The notes below the pieces were generated by a model. That model was given only the letters and a program-made list of their open reading frames with translations, ran no database searches and was not told the DNA's origin. Of a stretch of DNA of 32,000 nt, positions 18,611 to 26,883 are shown one piece after another; the stretch's first letter is position 1, and each line of letters starts with the position of its first letter. Source of the stretch: Alkanindiges sp. WGS2144 (GTDB lineage: Bacteria; Pseudomonadota; Gammaproteobacteria; Pseudomonadales; Moraxellaceae); NCBI RefSeq assembly GCF_043950625.1, contig NZ_CP171007.1; one strand, written 5' to 3'. The position numbers and the translations under genes are program-made.

Positions 18611-19576
18611 ATGTTATTTCATATTCCAAAACTGCCCTCAGAAATGCAAATTACCCATTTAAACGCTAAGCTGGAGGACCAGCAGCGCAAGCTGGCTGAG
18701 GCATTGATGAGTTGGGGCGAAAGACGCGAGCTGAACAAGCGGCTGGAGCGTGAAGAAAAGCAACGTAAAAAAGATAACCAGAAAGTTTTTGTGATCGATT
18801 TTAAAGGCGACCTGCAAGCCAGCAGTGTAGAACACTTGCGTGAGGAAATTACCATCATTTTATCTATTGCCAAGGCAGGTCGTGACCGTGTGGTGTTGCG
18901 TCTGGAAAGTCCTGGCGGTCTGGTGCATGGCTATGGCCTGGCGGCTGCCCAACTGGCACGCTTGCGTGAAGCGGGTTTTAATCTGACCATTTGCGTGGAT
19001 AAAGTGGCAGCGAGCGGTGGTTATATGATGGCCTGTATTGCACAGGAAGTTATTGCAGCGCCTTTTGCTGTGGTCGGTTCCATTGGCGTGGTAGCGCAAA
19101 TGCCCAATTTTCATAAATTATTAAAACAGCACAATATTGACTTTGATGTTTATACTGCTGGTGAATACAAACGTACCGTGACGGTATTTGGTGAAAATTC
19201 TGAAGAAGACCGGGCGAAGTTTGAATCCGAACTTCAGCAGACCCATGTGCTATTTAAGCATTTTGTAGAAAAATATCGTCCTCAGCTCAATGTTTCCGAG
19301 GTGGCAACAGGTGAGCACTGGTACGGTGAAGATGCTTTAAAGCTTAATCTGGTCGATAAATTGGAAACCTCAGATGCGTATTTATTATCACTGATGCCTA
19401 AACATGATATTTATGTGCTGCATTCTCGTAAAAAGCCCACTTTGGGCGAAAAGTTGGGTCTGCATGCGGCACAGTTAAGTAATGAGCTTGCACCGCTGCT
19501 CACCAATATACTGCAAGAAAGCCTGATGAAACTCAGCACTAAAGTAGTAATGCTCAAGGATAGTCGTTTAAGCTGA
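18611..19576 (+). CDS. sohB: S49-family peptidase SohB-like
   Basis: It is collinear with E. coli SohB from about residue 45 onward (VVLRLESPGGLVHGYGLAA, DKVAASGGYMMAC, GSIGVVAQMPNF, ATGEHWYG). The track start (TTG at 18548) is possible, but I prefer the ATG at 18611 after AAGAGA. Confidence 0.8.
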   Translation: MLFHIPKLPSEMQITHLNAKLEDQQRKLAEALMSWGERRELNKRLEREEKQRKKDNQKVFVIDFKGDLQASSVEHLREEITIILSIAKAGRDRVVLRLESPGGLVHGYGLAAAQLARLREAGFNLTICVDKVAASGGYMMACIAQEVIAAPFAVVGSIGVVAQMPNFHKLLKQHNIDFDVYTAGEYKRTVTVFGENSEEDRAKFESELQQTHVLFKHFVEKYRPQLNVSEVATGEHWYGEDALKLNLVDKLETSDAYLLSLMPKHDIYVLHSRKKPTLGEKLGLHAAQLSNELAPLLTNILQESLMKLSTKVVMLKDSRLS

Positions 19577-19589
19577 CACGTCTATACGC

Positions 19590-19618
19590 AAAAAACGCCT
19601 GTTGATCAGGCGTTTTTT
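19590..19618. terminator. bidirectional intrinsic terminator between convergent sohB and the 154-aa ORF
   Basis: The sequence reads aaaaaa-cgcctg-ttgat-caggcg-tttttt: a perfect 6-bp GC stem extended by A/T runs on both sides. Confidence 0.85.
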
Positions 19619-19625
19619 AGGGAAT

Positions 19626-20090
19626 TTAAGGTTGTAGCAGATTTAAAACAGCATGTAAGGACGAGTCGCCTTTACCTTGTTTTTCCAACTGGGCAAATTT
19701 CTGGATGGCTTGCTCATGAGTGGTCATGTAAGAAAAGAAATCCAGTTCATCGGATTTGCCGTGCTGCTCTAATCTGGTAAAAGTGGCCAGAAAAGGCAGG
19801 GTACCTCTCTCCAGTAAAGACATGGATATTTTCCATGGCAGACATGCTAATGCAAATCCTGAAACAGTAGCTTCGAGGCGAATAAAAGGTTTTGTTCGGG
19901 CGTATTGCTGAGTTTCAGCCAGATATTGCCATAACCGGTTTTTGGTTTGAGTTTCCAGTTGTCTAAGGGTTTGCCATTTTTGCCGTCTGGTTTTGTTAAC
20001 ACTAAATCTTGCAGCGGTAGCAAACAATTGCTCGCCCAGAACTTCTGATTCCAGCGACTTATTTAAGTCCTTTTGAATATCAAAGTGCAT
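19626..20090 (-). CDS. hypothetical protein, predicted all-helical, no family recognised
   Basis: 154-aa ORF with an ATG start and GGAAA 8 nt upstream, bounded by a terminator. I cannot assign a family by eye. Confidence 0.5.
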   Translation of the reverse strand: MHFDIQKDLNKSLESEVLGEQLFATAARFSVNKTRRQKWQTLRQLETQTKNRLWQYLAETQQYARTKPFIRLEATVSGFALACLPWKISMSLLERGTLPFLATFTRLEQHGKSDELDFFSYMTTHEQAIQKFAQLEKQGKGDSSLHAVLNLLQP

Positions 20091-20132
20091 TGTTTTATTT
20101 CCATGACAAAGACATTCAGGATATTAGCAAAT

Positions 20133-20154
20133 AATTAGAGTAATTACTCTAATT
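20133..20154. repeat. perfect 22-bp palindrome AATTAGAGTAATTACTCTAATT
   Basis: All 11 base pairs were checked position by position. It lies between the TrpD2-like stop (20196) and the start of the 154-aa ORF (20090). Confidence 0.95.
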
Positions 20155-20195
20155 CTTGTTTTTTCTAGTCATTATCTTTAGATTTAAGGTTTGAG

Positions 20196-21206
20196 TTAGT
20201 GCAAGCGCTGCTGCCACATCTGTGCCGCTAGTTGCATGGCAGTATCTATAGAGTCTGCTTTTTGCAAGCTGTAGAGTGCTAGCGCAAGGGTGCCTGTCAC
20301 TGCTTTTTGTCCATAATCATGGCTTGTCTCACCACGCCATACAGCAATAAAATAATTTAAATCGAAAGATTCTTCTGCCTCAGAGCGGCTGGTATTGATC
20401 ATTGGCCACTCCAGCTCGTAGCTTTGACCGTCCTGAATACCCAGCATTAAGGTGCGTGCATCCGGGTTACGTTCAAATTCGCCACCTTCTCCTTTAATGA
20501 CTGCGGTATTTTGATAACCCAGTTGCATAGCCGCCTGCTGATGTGATGCGCGATAGGCTGGATGAAAAATAGCCTGTAATGTGACTGGTGCATTGAATGG
20601 ATTAATCAAGCGCACCAGAGTATGTACCGGAGAGCGCACGCCCAGAATGTTGCGCATTTCAATAATTTCACTCAAGCGCGGCGCAAATGCGGACAGGGGC
20701 ATATAAGCAAAATTGTGCTGTGCCAGCGCCTGTTCAACCGCCTGCATGTTGTGACAGGGCTGATACCCCAGATGTGCCAATACATCTTCAGTATATAAGC
20801 GGTTGATGGTGTGTCCGGCTGCACCATGCATAAACACACGGTAGCCATGCCTGGCCAGTGTAAGCGCCGCCAGTAAAAACCATGGATAGTGCTTGCGCTT
20901 ACCTGCATAGCTAGACCAGTCCAGGTCAACTACAATAGCCGGTAGCTGCAAATGATCCCGGGTTGCCTGTACAAAGCCCGCCAGTTCCTCTACCGATTCT
21001 TCCTTAACCCGTAGCAGTGTTAAAAAAGCTCCCAGTTGTATGTCCAGCACTTCCCTATCTAGAATCATACCGAATGCCTGATACGCTTCCTCATAAGTTA
21101 AGGAGCGGCTGCTGCGTTTGCCTTTGCCCAGAATGCGTACATATTGGGCAAACGGGTGCTCATGGTCTTTGTAGATGTTGCTTTGCGGGCGAGGGCGGGT
21201 GGTCAT
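20196..21206 (-). CDS. glycosyl transferase family 3 protein, TrpD2 / YbiB-like (anthranilate phosphoribosyltransferase paralogue)
   Basis: 336 aa, collinear with E. coli YbiB (ILGKGKRSSRSLTYEEAYQAFGMIL vs EIGRGKNHARDLDRDTA; SSYAGKRKH vs SYNGARKQ; MHGAAG vs VHGVSE). Confidence 0.75.
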   Translation of the reverse strand: MTTRPRPQSNIYKDHEHPFAQYVRILGKGKRSSRSLTYEEAYQAFGMILDREVLDIQLGAFLTLLRVKEESVEELAGFVQATRDHLQLPAIVVDLDWSSYAGKRKHYPWFLLAALTLARHGYRVFMHGAAGHTINRLYTEDVLAHLGYQPCHNMQAVEQALAQHNFAYMPLSAFAPRLSEIIEMRNILGVRSPVHTLVRLINPFNAPVTLQAIFHPAYRASHQQAAMQLGYQNTAVIKGEGGEFERNPDARTLMLGIQDGQSYELEWPMINTSRSEAEESFDLNYFIAVWRGETSHDYGQKAVTGTLALALYSLQKADSIDTAMQLAAQMWQQRLH

Positions 21207-21297
21207 GGTTTAAAATCTTCTGGAAAAACCGTGGTAAGGCAAAGCATAGCAAAAAGCAGCCTGCCAAAGTGCTCAATTGTTTTGATATTAATCCATA

Positions 21298-21326
21298 TTC
21301 ATAGTGCAAAAACTGTGGCGTATAAT
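21298..21326 (+). promoter_or_regulatory. candidate sigma70 promoter for the acyl-CoA dehydrogenase gene
   Basis: -35 TTCATA (21298-21303), a 17-nt spacer, and a consensus -10 TATAAT (21321-21326), about 50 nt upstream of the ATG at 21376. Confidence 0.45.
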
Positions 21327-21375
21327 GTCATAATATTTACCGCTATTTTTAAGATCAATATTGAAGGAAATTTTT

Positions 21376-22518
21376 ATGTTGGCACATGATGCTGATCTGG
21401 AGTTGTTTCGTGATAATTTTCGCCGCTTTTTAGCTGAACATATTAAGCCGCATTACGAAAAATGGGAAAAAGAAGGCATTATGCCGCGTTCGGTATGGAA
21501 CCAGCTAGGTGAAAATGGCTTTTTATGCGTAGACATGCCAGAAGAGTACGGCGGCTATGGCGTACCGACCAATTATTCCTTAATGCTGGTTGAAGAGACC
21601 GCCCGTGCAGGTTTTAGCGCATTGTCAACCGGGATTTCCTGTCATTCTGAAATCGCAGCACCTTATATTTTGCACATTGCTAACGAAGAGCAAAAACAGT
21701 ACTGGCTGCCCAAAATGGTTAGCGGTGAAGTGGTTGGTGCAATTGGTATGACTGAGCCGGGTGCAGGTTCTGATTTGCAATCCATGCGCTCAACTGCGAT
21801 TTTGCAGGGTGATCATTATCTGCTTAACGGCTCCAAAACCTTTATTTCCAATGGACAGCATGCTGATCTGGTGGTGCTGGCAGCAAAAACTGATCCGGCA
21901 GCTCGCGCCAAAGGCGTTTCCCTGTTACTGGTAGACACACATCTGGAAGGCTTTAAAAAAGGTACAAATCTGGACAAGATAGGCCTGCATGCCCAGGATA
22001 CTTCTGAGCTGTTTTTTGACAATGTAAAAGTACCGGCTAATCAGTTGTTGGGTAATGCAGGGCAGGGTTTTGCTTATCTGATGCAGGAGTTGCCGCGTGA
22101 GCGTTTAGGCATTGCGGTAACTGCAATTGGTGCAATTTTGGGCTGTATTGATGTGACCACGCAATATGTTAACGAGCGTCAGGCGTTTGGTCAGGCGATT
22201 GGTAAATTCCAGAATACCCGTTTTACACTGGCACAGGCCCAAATTGATGCACTGGCAACCCAGGCCTTTGTGAATGAATGCATTGAAAAATATATGGCTG
22301 GTCAGCTGGATGTGCCTACTGCGGCAGCAGTTAAAGCCTATAGTACCGATATGCAATGCAAGGTAGCCGATAATCTGTTGCAGCTGTTTGGTGGTTATGG
22401 CTATATGACTGAATATCCAATTTCACGTTTCTACGTCGATGCCCGTATTCAGCGTATTTACGGTGGTACCAATGAAATTATGAAAGAAATCGTGGCGCGT
22501 GAGCTGCTGGGACGCTAA
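21376..22518 (+). CDS. acyl-CoA dehydrogenase, LCAD-like (catalytic Glu in the LMQELPRERL segment)
   Basis: The track start (TTG at 21361) is over-extended. The ATG at 21376 follows GAAGGAAA. Motifs GMTEPGAGSD and C-terminal IYGGTNEIMKEIVARE (Gly at the MCAD Glu376 position) plus FAYLMQELPRERL match the long-chain/isovaleryl type. Confidence 0.9.
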   Translation: MLAHDADLELFRDNFRRFLAEHIKPHYEKWEKEGIMPRSVWNQLGENGFLCVDMPEEYGGYGVPTNYSLMLVEETARAGFSALSTGISCHSEIAAPYILHIANEEQKQYWLPKMVSGEVVGAIGMTEPGAGSDLQSMRSTAILQGDHYLLNGSKTFISNGQHADLVVLAAKTDPAARAKGVSLLLVDTHLEGFKKGTNLDKIGLHAQDTSELFFDNVKVPANQLLGNAGQGFAYLMQELPRERLGIAVTAIGAILGCIDVTTQYVNERQAFGQAIGKFQNTRFTLAQAQIDALATQAFVNECIEKYMAGQLDVPTAAAVKAYSTDMQCKVADNLLQLFGGYGYMTEYPISRFYVDARIQRIYGGTNEIMKEIVARELLGR

Positions 22519-22534
22519 TACTAAAAAGATGCAT

Positions 22535-22567
22535 AAAAAGAGCCTGATTTTGCAGGCTCTTTTTTTA
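22535..22567. terminator. bidirectional intrinsic terminator between the convergent acyl-CoA dehydrogenase and lipoprotein genes
   Basis: agagcctg (22539-22546) is the reverse complement of caggctct (22553-22560), with a 6-nt loop. It is flanked by an A5 run and a T7 run. Confidence 0.85.
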
Positions 22568-22582
22568 TGAGCGCAATTTTTA

Positions 22583-22960
22583 TTAAAATTTAAACTTGGT
22601 AATGCAGGTGGATAAGGTATTGTTGACCGTATTGGCAATCAGCACCGCACGGGCTTGTGGATCAATAGCCGCCTGTGCCAGCTCAACCATCGTCACATTT
22701 TTGGCAGCTTCTTCACCCACGCACCCACAAACCTGATTTTCGATATCCTGCTTTTTCTCACTTGTTAAAACGCTGGTCAGGATTTTATATTCATTGCGGT
22801 TATTTAATTCAGTACGGCACTTTTGGTCAACTGCGGTCTGAAAAACAGCCATGCCTATATTGTTGGCCGTTGAAGCGGTTGGGTTCATTGTCCCGTCTGT
22901 GGTGGTACAGGCACCTAAGAGCAGTGCAACAGGAAGCAGGCCAAGTAGTTTGTTCATCAA
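22583..22960 (-). CDS. small lipoprotein, function unknown
   Basis: 125 aa. The N-terminus MMNKLLGLLPVALLLGAC is a signal peptide with a lipobox. The mature part holds four further Cys residues, including CGC. Confidence 0.6.
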   Translation of the reverse strand: MMNKLLGLLPVALLLGACTTTDGTMNPTASTANNIGMAVFQTAVDQKCRTELNNRNEYKILTSVLTSEKKQDIENQVCGCVGEEAAKNVTMVELAQAAIDPQARAVLIANTVNNTLSTCITKFKF

Positions 22961-23058
22961 TTTATTCCATGGTGTAAAGAAGGCTAGTATATTCAGTCAG
23001 TTAAAATAAAAAGTTTATTCTCTGTAATTTTGTTCCAGCGACTTTAAGTTTTAAAAGC

Positions 23059-23826
23059 TTAAACACGAAAATCTTCACCTAGATAAACCCGTTTTACAAT
23101 ATCATTGGCCAGAATTTCCTGTGGTGTGCCTTCGGCAATGACTGAACCTTCGCTGACGATATATGCTTTTTCACAAATTGCCAGAGTTTCACGCACATTA
23201 TGATCCGTAATTAATACGCCAATTCCACGAGCTTTTAAGCGCTCAATAATATTTTTAATATCACCTACAGAAATAGGATCTACTCCCGCAAAAGGTTCAT
23301 CCAGTAACATAAACTTGGGTTCAGCGGCGAGGGCACGGGCAATTTCAGCACGGCGGCGCTCACCACCGGACACGCTCATCCCCAAAGAATTACGGATATG
23401 CTGAATGTTAAATTCATCCAGTAATTCTTCCAGACGTGCCTGTTGTTCAGTCTTGTTCAGGTCGCTACGCGTTTCCAGAATGGCCATGATATTTTGCGCG
23501 ATGGTCAGCTTTCTAAAAATAGAGGCTTCCTGCGGTAAATAACCAATACCCCGCCGCGCACGCTGGTGCATGGCCAGATCGGACAAATCCTGCTTGTCCA
23601 GAAAAATGGCGCCTTTATCCATTTTGACCAAACCCACCAACATATAAAAACTGGTAGTCTTGCCGGCACCATTAGGCCCAAGCAAGCCAACGATTTGACC
23701 ACTTTGCAGGCTAAAGGATACATCTTTAACGACCAGACGTTTATTGTAGCTTTTGGCCAGATGCTGAATAGTCAGGGTTTGTACCGCAGAAGTATTGGCA
23801 GGGGCAGACATGGGCAGATTATCCAT
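23059..23826 (-). CDS. lptB: LPS export ABC transporter ATP-binding protein LptB
   Basis: Walker [10 protein letters not shown], signature [15 protein letters not shown], Walker [12 protein letters not shown]. It sits after lptC-lptA. Confidence 0.92.
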   Translation of the reverse strand: MDNLPMSAPANTSAVQTLTIQHLAKSYNKRLVVKDVSFSLQSGQIVGLLGPNGAGKTTSFYMLVGLVKMDKGAIFLDKQDLSDLAMHQRARRGIGYLPQEASIFRKLTIAQNIMAILETRSDLNKTEQQARLEELLDEFNIQHIRNSLGMSVSGGERRRAEIARALAAEPKFMLLDEPFAGVDPISVGDIKNIIERLKARGIGVLITDHNVRETLAICEKAYIVSEGSVIAEGTPQEILANDIVKRVYLGEDFRV

Positions 23827-23828
23827 CC

Positions 23829-24389
23829 TTATTTGCTTTTGGCTTTATTGAATGTTTGGTTGGCAGAGGGTGGAATAATAATCTGGATGCGCCGCTGGCT
23901 GTTGCCGGTGGCTTCGATATCACCAGCATTGATGCTGTAGCGTAGTGTATTGCCCCGGAAGCTGGCACCATCCTGGGTCAGGTAGGCGTTGCCGGTCATG
24001 GTGACAATGCCGGTCTCGGCATTATAAACAATGGTTTGTCCTTCACCGCGTGAAATGCCTTTTTCGCTGCTGATTTGTTGCTGGAATTTGGCTGGATTCC
24101 CTTTGGCAGTGACCTGTTGAATCTGCCGGTTTTTATTTAAATTGGCTACCAAGGAATCAGCCTGAATTTTAACTGAACCCTGTTCAATAATGACGTTACC
24201 GCTATAAGTGGTGATACCGGTTTTTTCATTATAGGTGGCACGATCTGCCTCTAGGGTAATGGCCTGATTGCGATCACTGGGCAGGGCAAATCCTGGCGAA
24301 GATAAGGCAAAAAGCATAGCACCGGCCAGAAACAGGGATAACCATCGTACCGGCAAGAACCCTGCGGTTTTGGAGTGTGACAAATTCAC
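23829..24389 (-). CDS. lptA: LPS transport periplasmic protein LptA (OstA-like)
   Basis: It has a signal peptide ending SSPGFA|LPSD and the OstA-like repeats [29 protein letters not shown]. The start is uncertain: GTG at 24389 (1 nt after the lptC stop), ATG at 24413 or TTG at 24356. The track start at 24452 overlaps lptC and is unlikely. Confidence 0.85.
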   Translation of the reverse strand: MNLSHSKTAGFLPVRWLSLFLAGAMLFALSSPGFALPSDRNQAITLEADRATYNEKTGITTYSGNVIIEQGSVKIQADSLVANLNKNRQIQQVTAKGNPAKFQQQISSEKGISRGEGQTIVYNAETGIVTMTGNAYLTQDGASFRGNTLRYSINAGDIEATGNSQRRIQIIIPPSANQTFNKAKSK

Positions 24390-24390
24390 A

Positions 24391-24951
24391 TTAGGAGCCA
24401 GAAGCTGGTACATATTGCCCTCGGATACGATAAAAATTAAATTGTCCTTCATTCAGGTCAGCGTTTAACCCCTGACTGCTAAATTGTCCCTGAGCACTTT
24501 GAATCACTATAGGTTGATTTGTTTCAATTCGCTTTTGTGGAGGGTAGCCGGTGAGCTGGCTGGTTTGAAACGTAATGCCTGCCGTACCATGAGTAGATAG
24601 CCGCTCAGCAACCACGCCACCGGTTAAAATGACCTTTTCATTGTCATTAAAACTGACCGCTTTGTCTGCACTAAACGTAGCATAAGGCTTACCCTGCTGA
24701 TACCAGGTACTTTGCAGCTGATCCAGCTGGGTGCGGCCATCCAGTTCCCAGTACTGTAATTTTTCTGCACTGGTGACGCCTTCTAGCTGACCGCTGTCAT
24801 CGGTTCTTAACAGGTGAATATGGGTGGCGCTATAGGATAAATCCTGATTTTTCTGGGCGCTTAAGCGGGCTGATTTACCACTATAAAAATAAAACAGGCC
24901 ACTTAATATGGCAATGCCAAATGCAATGACATACAATAAGCGTGTATCCAT
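24391..24951 (-). CDS. lptC: LPS export system protein LptC
   Basis: 186 aa with a single N-terminal TM anchor (LLYVIAFGIAILSGLFYFY). Size and position between kdsC and lptA fit LptC. Confidence 0.8.
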   Translation of the reverse strand: MDTRLLYVIAFGIAILSGLFYFYSGKSARLSAQKNQDLSYSATHIHLLRTDDSGQLEGVTSAEKLQYWELDGRTQLDQLQSTWYQQGKPYATFSADKAVSFNDNEKVILTGGVVAERLSTHGTAGITFQTSQLTGYPPQKRIETNQPIVIQSAQGQFSSQGLNADLNEGQFNFYRIRGQYVPASGS

Positions 24952-24979
24952 AAACCAGCTGCCTTAAATTCAATACCTG

Positions 24980-25516
24980 CTAGTGATGATGCAAGAATTC
25001 CTGCAATAGTTCGTTATAAACGCCTTTGGCTTGTAATAGCACATCACAGAACTCTCTTACCGCCCCGCGTCCACCATAAGCCTGTGTAATCAGATGGGCA
25101 CGGCGGCGTACCTCCTCATGCGCGTTGGGTACAGTAATGGCAAGACCTGCTATTTGCATGGCCGCAAGATCAGGCCAGTCATCACCCATATATGCACAGT
25201 CTTCAGGGTTGATTTGCAGGGTCTGGCATACTTCACGCAGGGCAATGCCTTTATCTTCACGACCCTGAACTACCATATCCACGCCCAGGCTTTGCATGCG
25301 GTTATTAACGATATTACTGCTTCGACCCGTAATTACAGCTACTTTTACGCCAGCTTTTTGTACGAGTTTCATGCCCAGGCCATCACGGATATCAAATGAC
25401 TTGATTTCCTCGCCGCTATTGGTAAAGCTCAAAAAGCCATCGCTGAGAATTCCATCTACATCCAGCACCAATGCCTTAATGTGGCCAGCGCGTTCAAGCA
25501 AGGAAAAAGACGCCAA
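24980..25516 (-). CDS. kdsC: 3-deoxy-D-manno-octulosonate 8-phosphate phosphatase KdsC (HAD family)
   Basis: 178 aa. HAD motif I is LVLDVDGILSDG, and the GDDWPDL motif is present. The TTG start follows the kdsD TAA stop directly. Confidence 0.9.
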   Translation of the reverse strand: MASFSLLERAGHIKALVLDVDGILSDGFLSFTNSGEEIKSFDIRDGLGMKLVQKAGVKVAVITGRSSNIVNNRMQSLGVDMVVQGREDKGIALREVCQTLQINPEDCAYMGDDWPDLAAMQIAGLAITVPNAHEEVRRRAHLITQAYGGRGAVREFCDVLLQAKGVYNELLQEFLHHH

Positions 25517-26512
25517 TTAATTTACTCCCGCGCTAATAATATCGTGCATGGTAATGATGCCAATTAATTCTTCATTGTCATTGACCACAAGGAACTGGTT
25601 AATTTTTTTATGGTTCATCAGCTCCAGTGCTTCAACTGCGCGTACATCAGGCGTAATGGTCAAAGGTGTCTTGGTCATAATCTGCTCAATGGCCGTATGC
25701 GCTTCAATGGAGCTCATTTTTTCAAAAGCACGGCGTAAGTCACCATCTGTAAACACACCCAGAACATGATTGTTGGCATCGACTACCGCTGTTAAACCCA
25801 GACGCTTACTGGTCATTTCAAGTAACGCTTCATGCAAGGGGGTAGAGGGCAAGGTTTTGGGTAATTCATTGCCCTTGTGCATAATATCACTGACGTGCAA
25901 TAAAAGACGCTTACCCAGCGCTCCTGCCGGATGGGAGCGGGCAAAGTCATCCGCTGTAAAACCGCGTGCTTCCAGCAGGGCGACAGCTAATGCATCACCT
26001 AGTGCCAGCGTAGCGGTAGTGCTGGAAGTTGGCGCAAGACCCAGCGGACAGGCTTCTTTTGACTCTCCCAGAGTCAAAGCAACATCGGCCAGTTGTGGCA
26101 TGGGGCCACGTGCATCACGACTAATAGTAATTAAAGGAATATTGTTACGCTTGACCAGAGGCATTAGCATCATGATTTCATCGCTTTTGCCCGAATTAGA
26201 AATGGCAATTAATACATCACCGGGTACCAGCATGCCCAGATCACCATGTCCGGCTTCTCCCGGATGCATAAAAAAAGATGGCGTGCCGGTGGAAGCAAAA
26301 GTAGCGGCCATTTTGCGGCCAATATGCCCGGATTTACCCATGCCGGTGACCACCACACGGCCAGTACAGGCCAAAATCAGCTCACAGGCTTTTACAAAGC
26401 GGTCATCAATCTGATGGGCGAGGGTATGTAATGCCTGCCGCTCGGTTTCCAGCGTGGCGAGAGCACTGTTTAAAAACTGTTTTGAATCAAATTGTGGCTG
26501 GTTTGCGCTCAC
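25517..26512 (-). CDS. kdsD: arabinose-5-phosphate isomerase KdsD (SIS plus tandem CBS domains)
   Basis: SIS motif VVTGMGKSGHIGRKMAATFASTGTPSFF, followed by C-terminal CBS pairs. The track start at 26548 is probably over-extended. The GTG at 26512 gives MSANQPQ and is preceded by AGGTG. Confidence 0.9.
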   Translation of the reverse strand: MSANQPQFDSKQFLNSALATLETERQALHTLAHQIDDRFVKACELILACTGRVVVTGMGKSGHIGRKMAATFASTGTPSFFMHPGEAGHGDLGMLVPGDVLIAISNSGKSDEIMMLMPLVKRNNIPLITISRDARGPMPQLADVALTLGESKEACPLGLAPTSSTTATLALGDALAVALLEARGFTADDFARSHPAGALGKRLLLHVSDIMHKGNELPKTLPSTPLHEALLEMTSKRLGLTAVVDANNHVLGVFTDGDLRRAFEKMSSIEAHTAIEQIMTKTPLTITPDVRAVEALELMNHKKINQFLVVNDNEELIGIITMHDIISAGVN

Positions 26513-26779
26513 AAGAACACCTATGGCAAAGTATGTTTGCAATATCACGAATTAAAAACAATTATTACAAAGCTGAATGGATAACACAAAGCAATATTTT
26601 GGTTGATGATGTGAAGTTGGGGCAGCTTTGCAATAAAAACTGACAAAAGTGGTGCAATAAGGCAGGCAGGAGTATGCTGTTGTAAATAGTAAGTGAGCTG
26701 TTTAAATGGGTATGGGTTTAAATTTACCATTTTCCTGCAAAATATAGTTGTGTACCCGCTTCATCATAAAAAAAGCCTG

Positions 26780-26797
26780 AGATTGAGCGCTCAATCT
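26780..26797. repeat. perfect 18-bp palindrome AGATTGAGCGCTCAATCT
   Basis: All 9 pairs were checked. It lies in the kdsD-cysS divergent intergenic region, 87 nt upstream of the cysS ATG. Confidence 0.95.
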
Positions 26798-26883
26798 ATC
26801 TTGCTAGTTGTTAATTGAACATCATCAGGTATGATTTGTGCCTTAAGTTTTTTAATCCTTTTTATTTTACCAAGAGTTTATTC

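Noticed and set aside
25770-26414. 214-aa plus-strand ORF, together with 25548-25769 and 26246-26431
   Set aside because: It is entirely antisense to kdsD, which has unmistakable SIS/CBS motifs. The translation is low-complexity and rich in Ala, Ser, Arg and Pro, which is typical of a shadow ORF.
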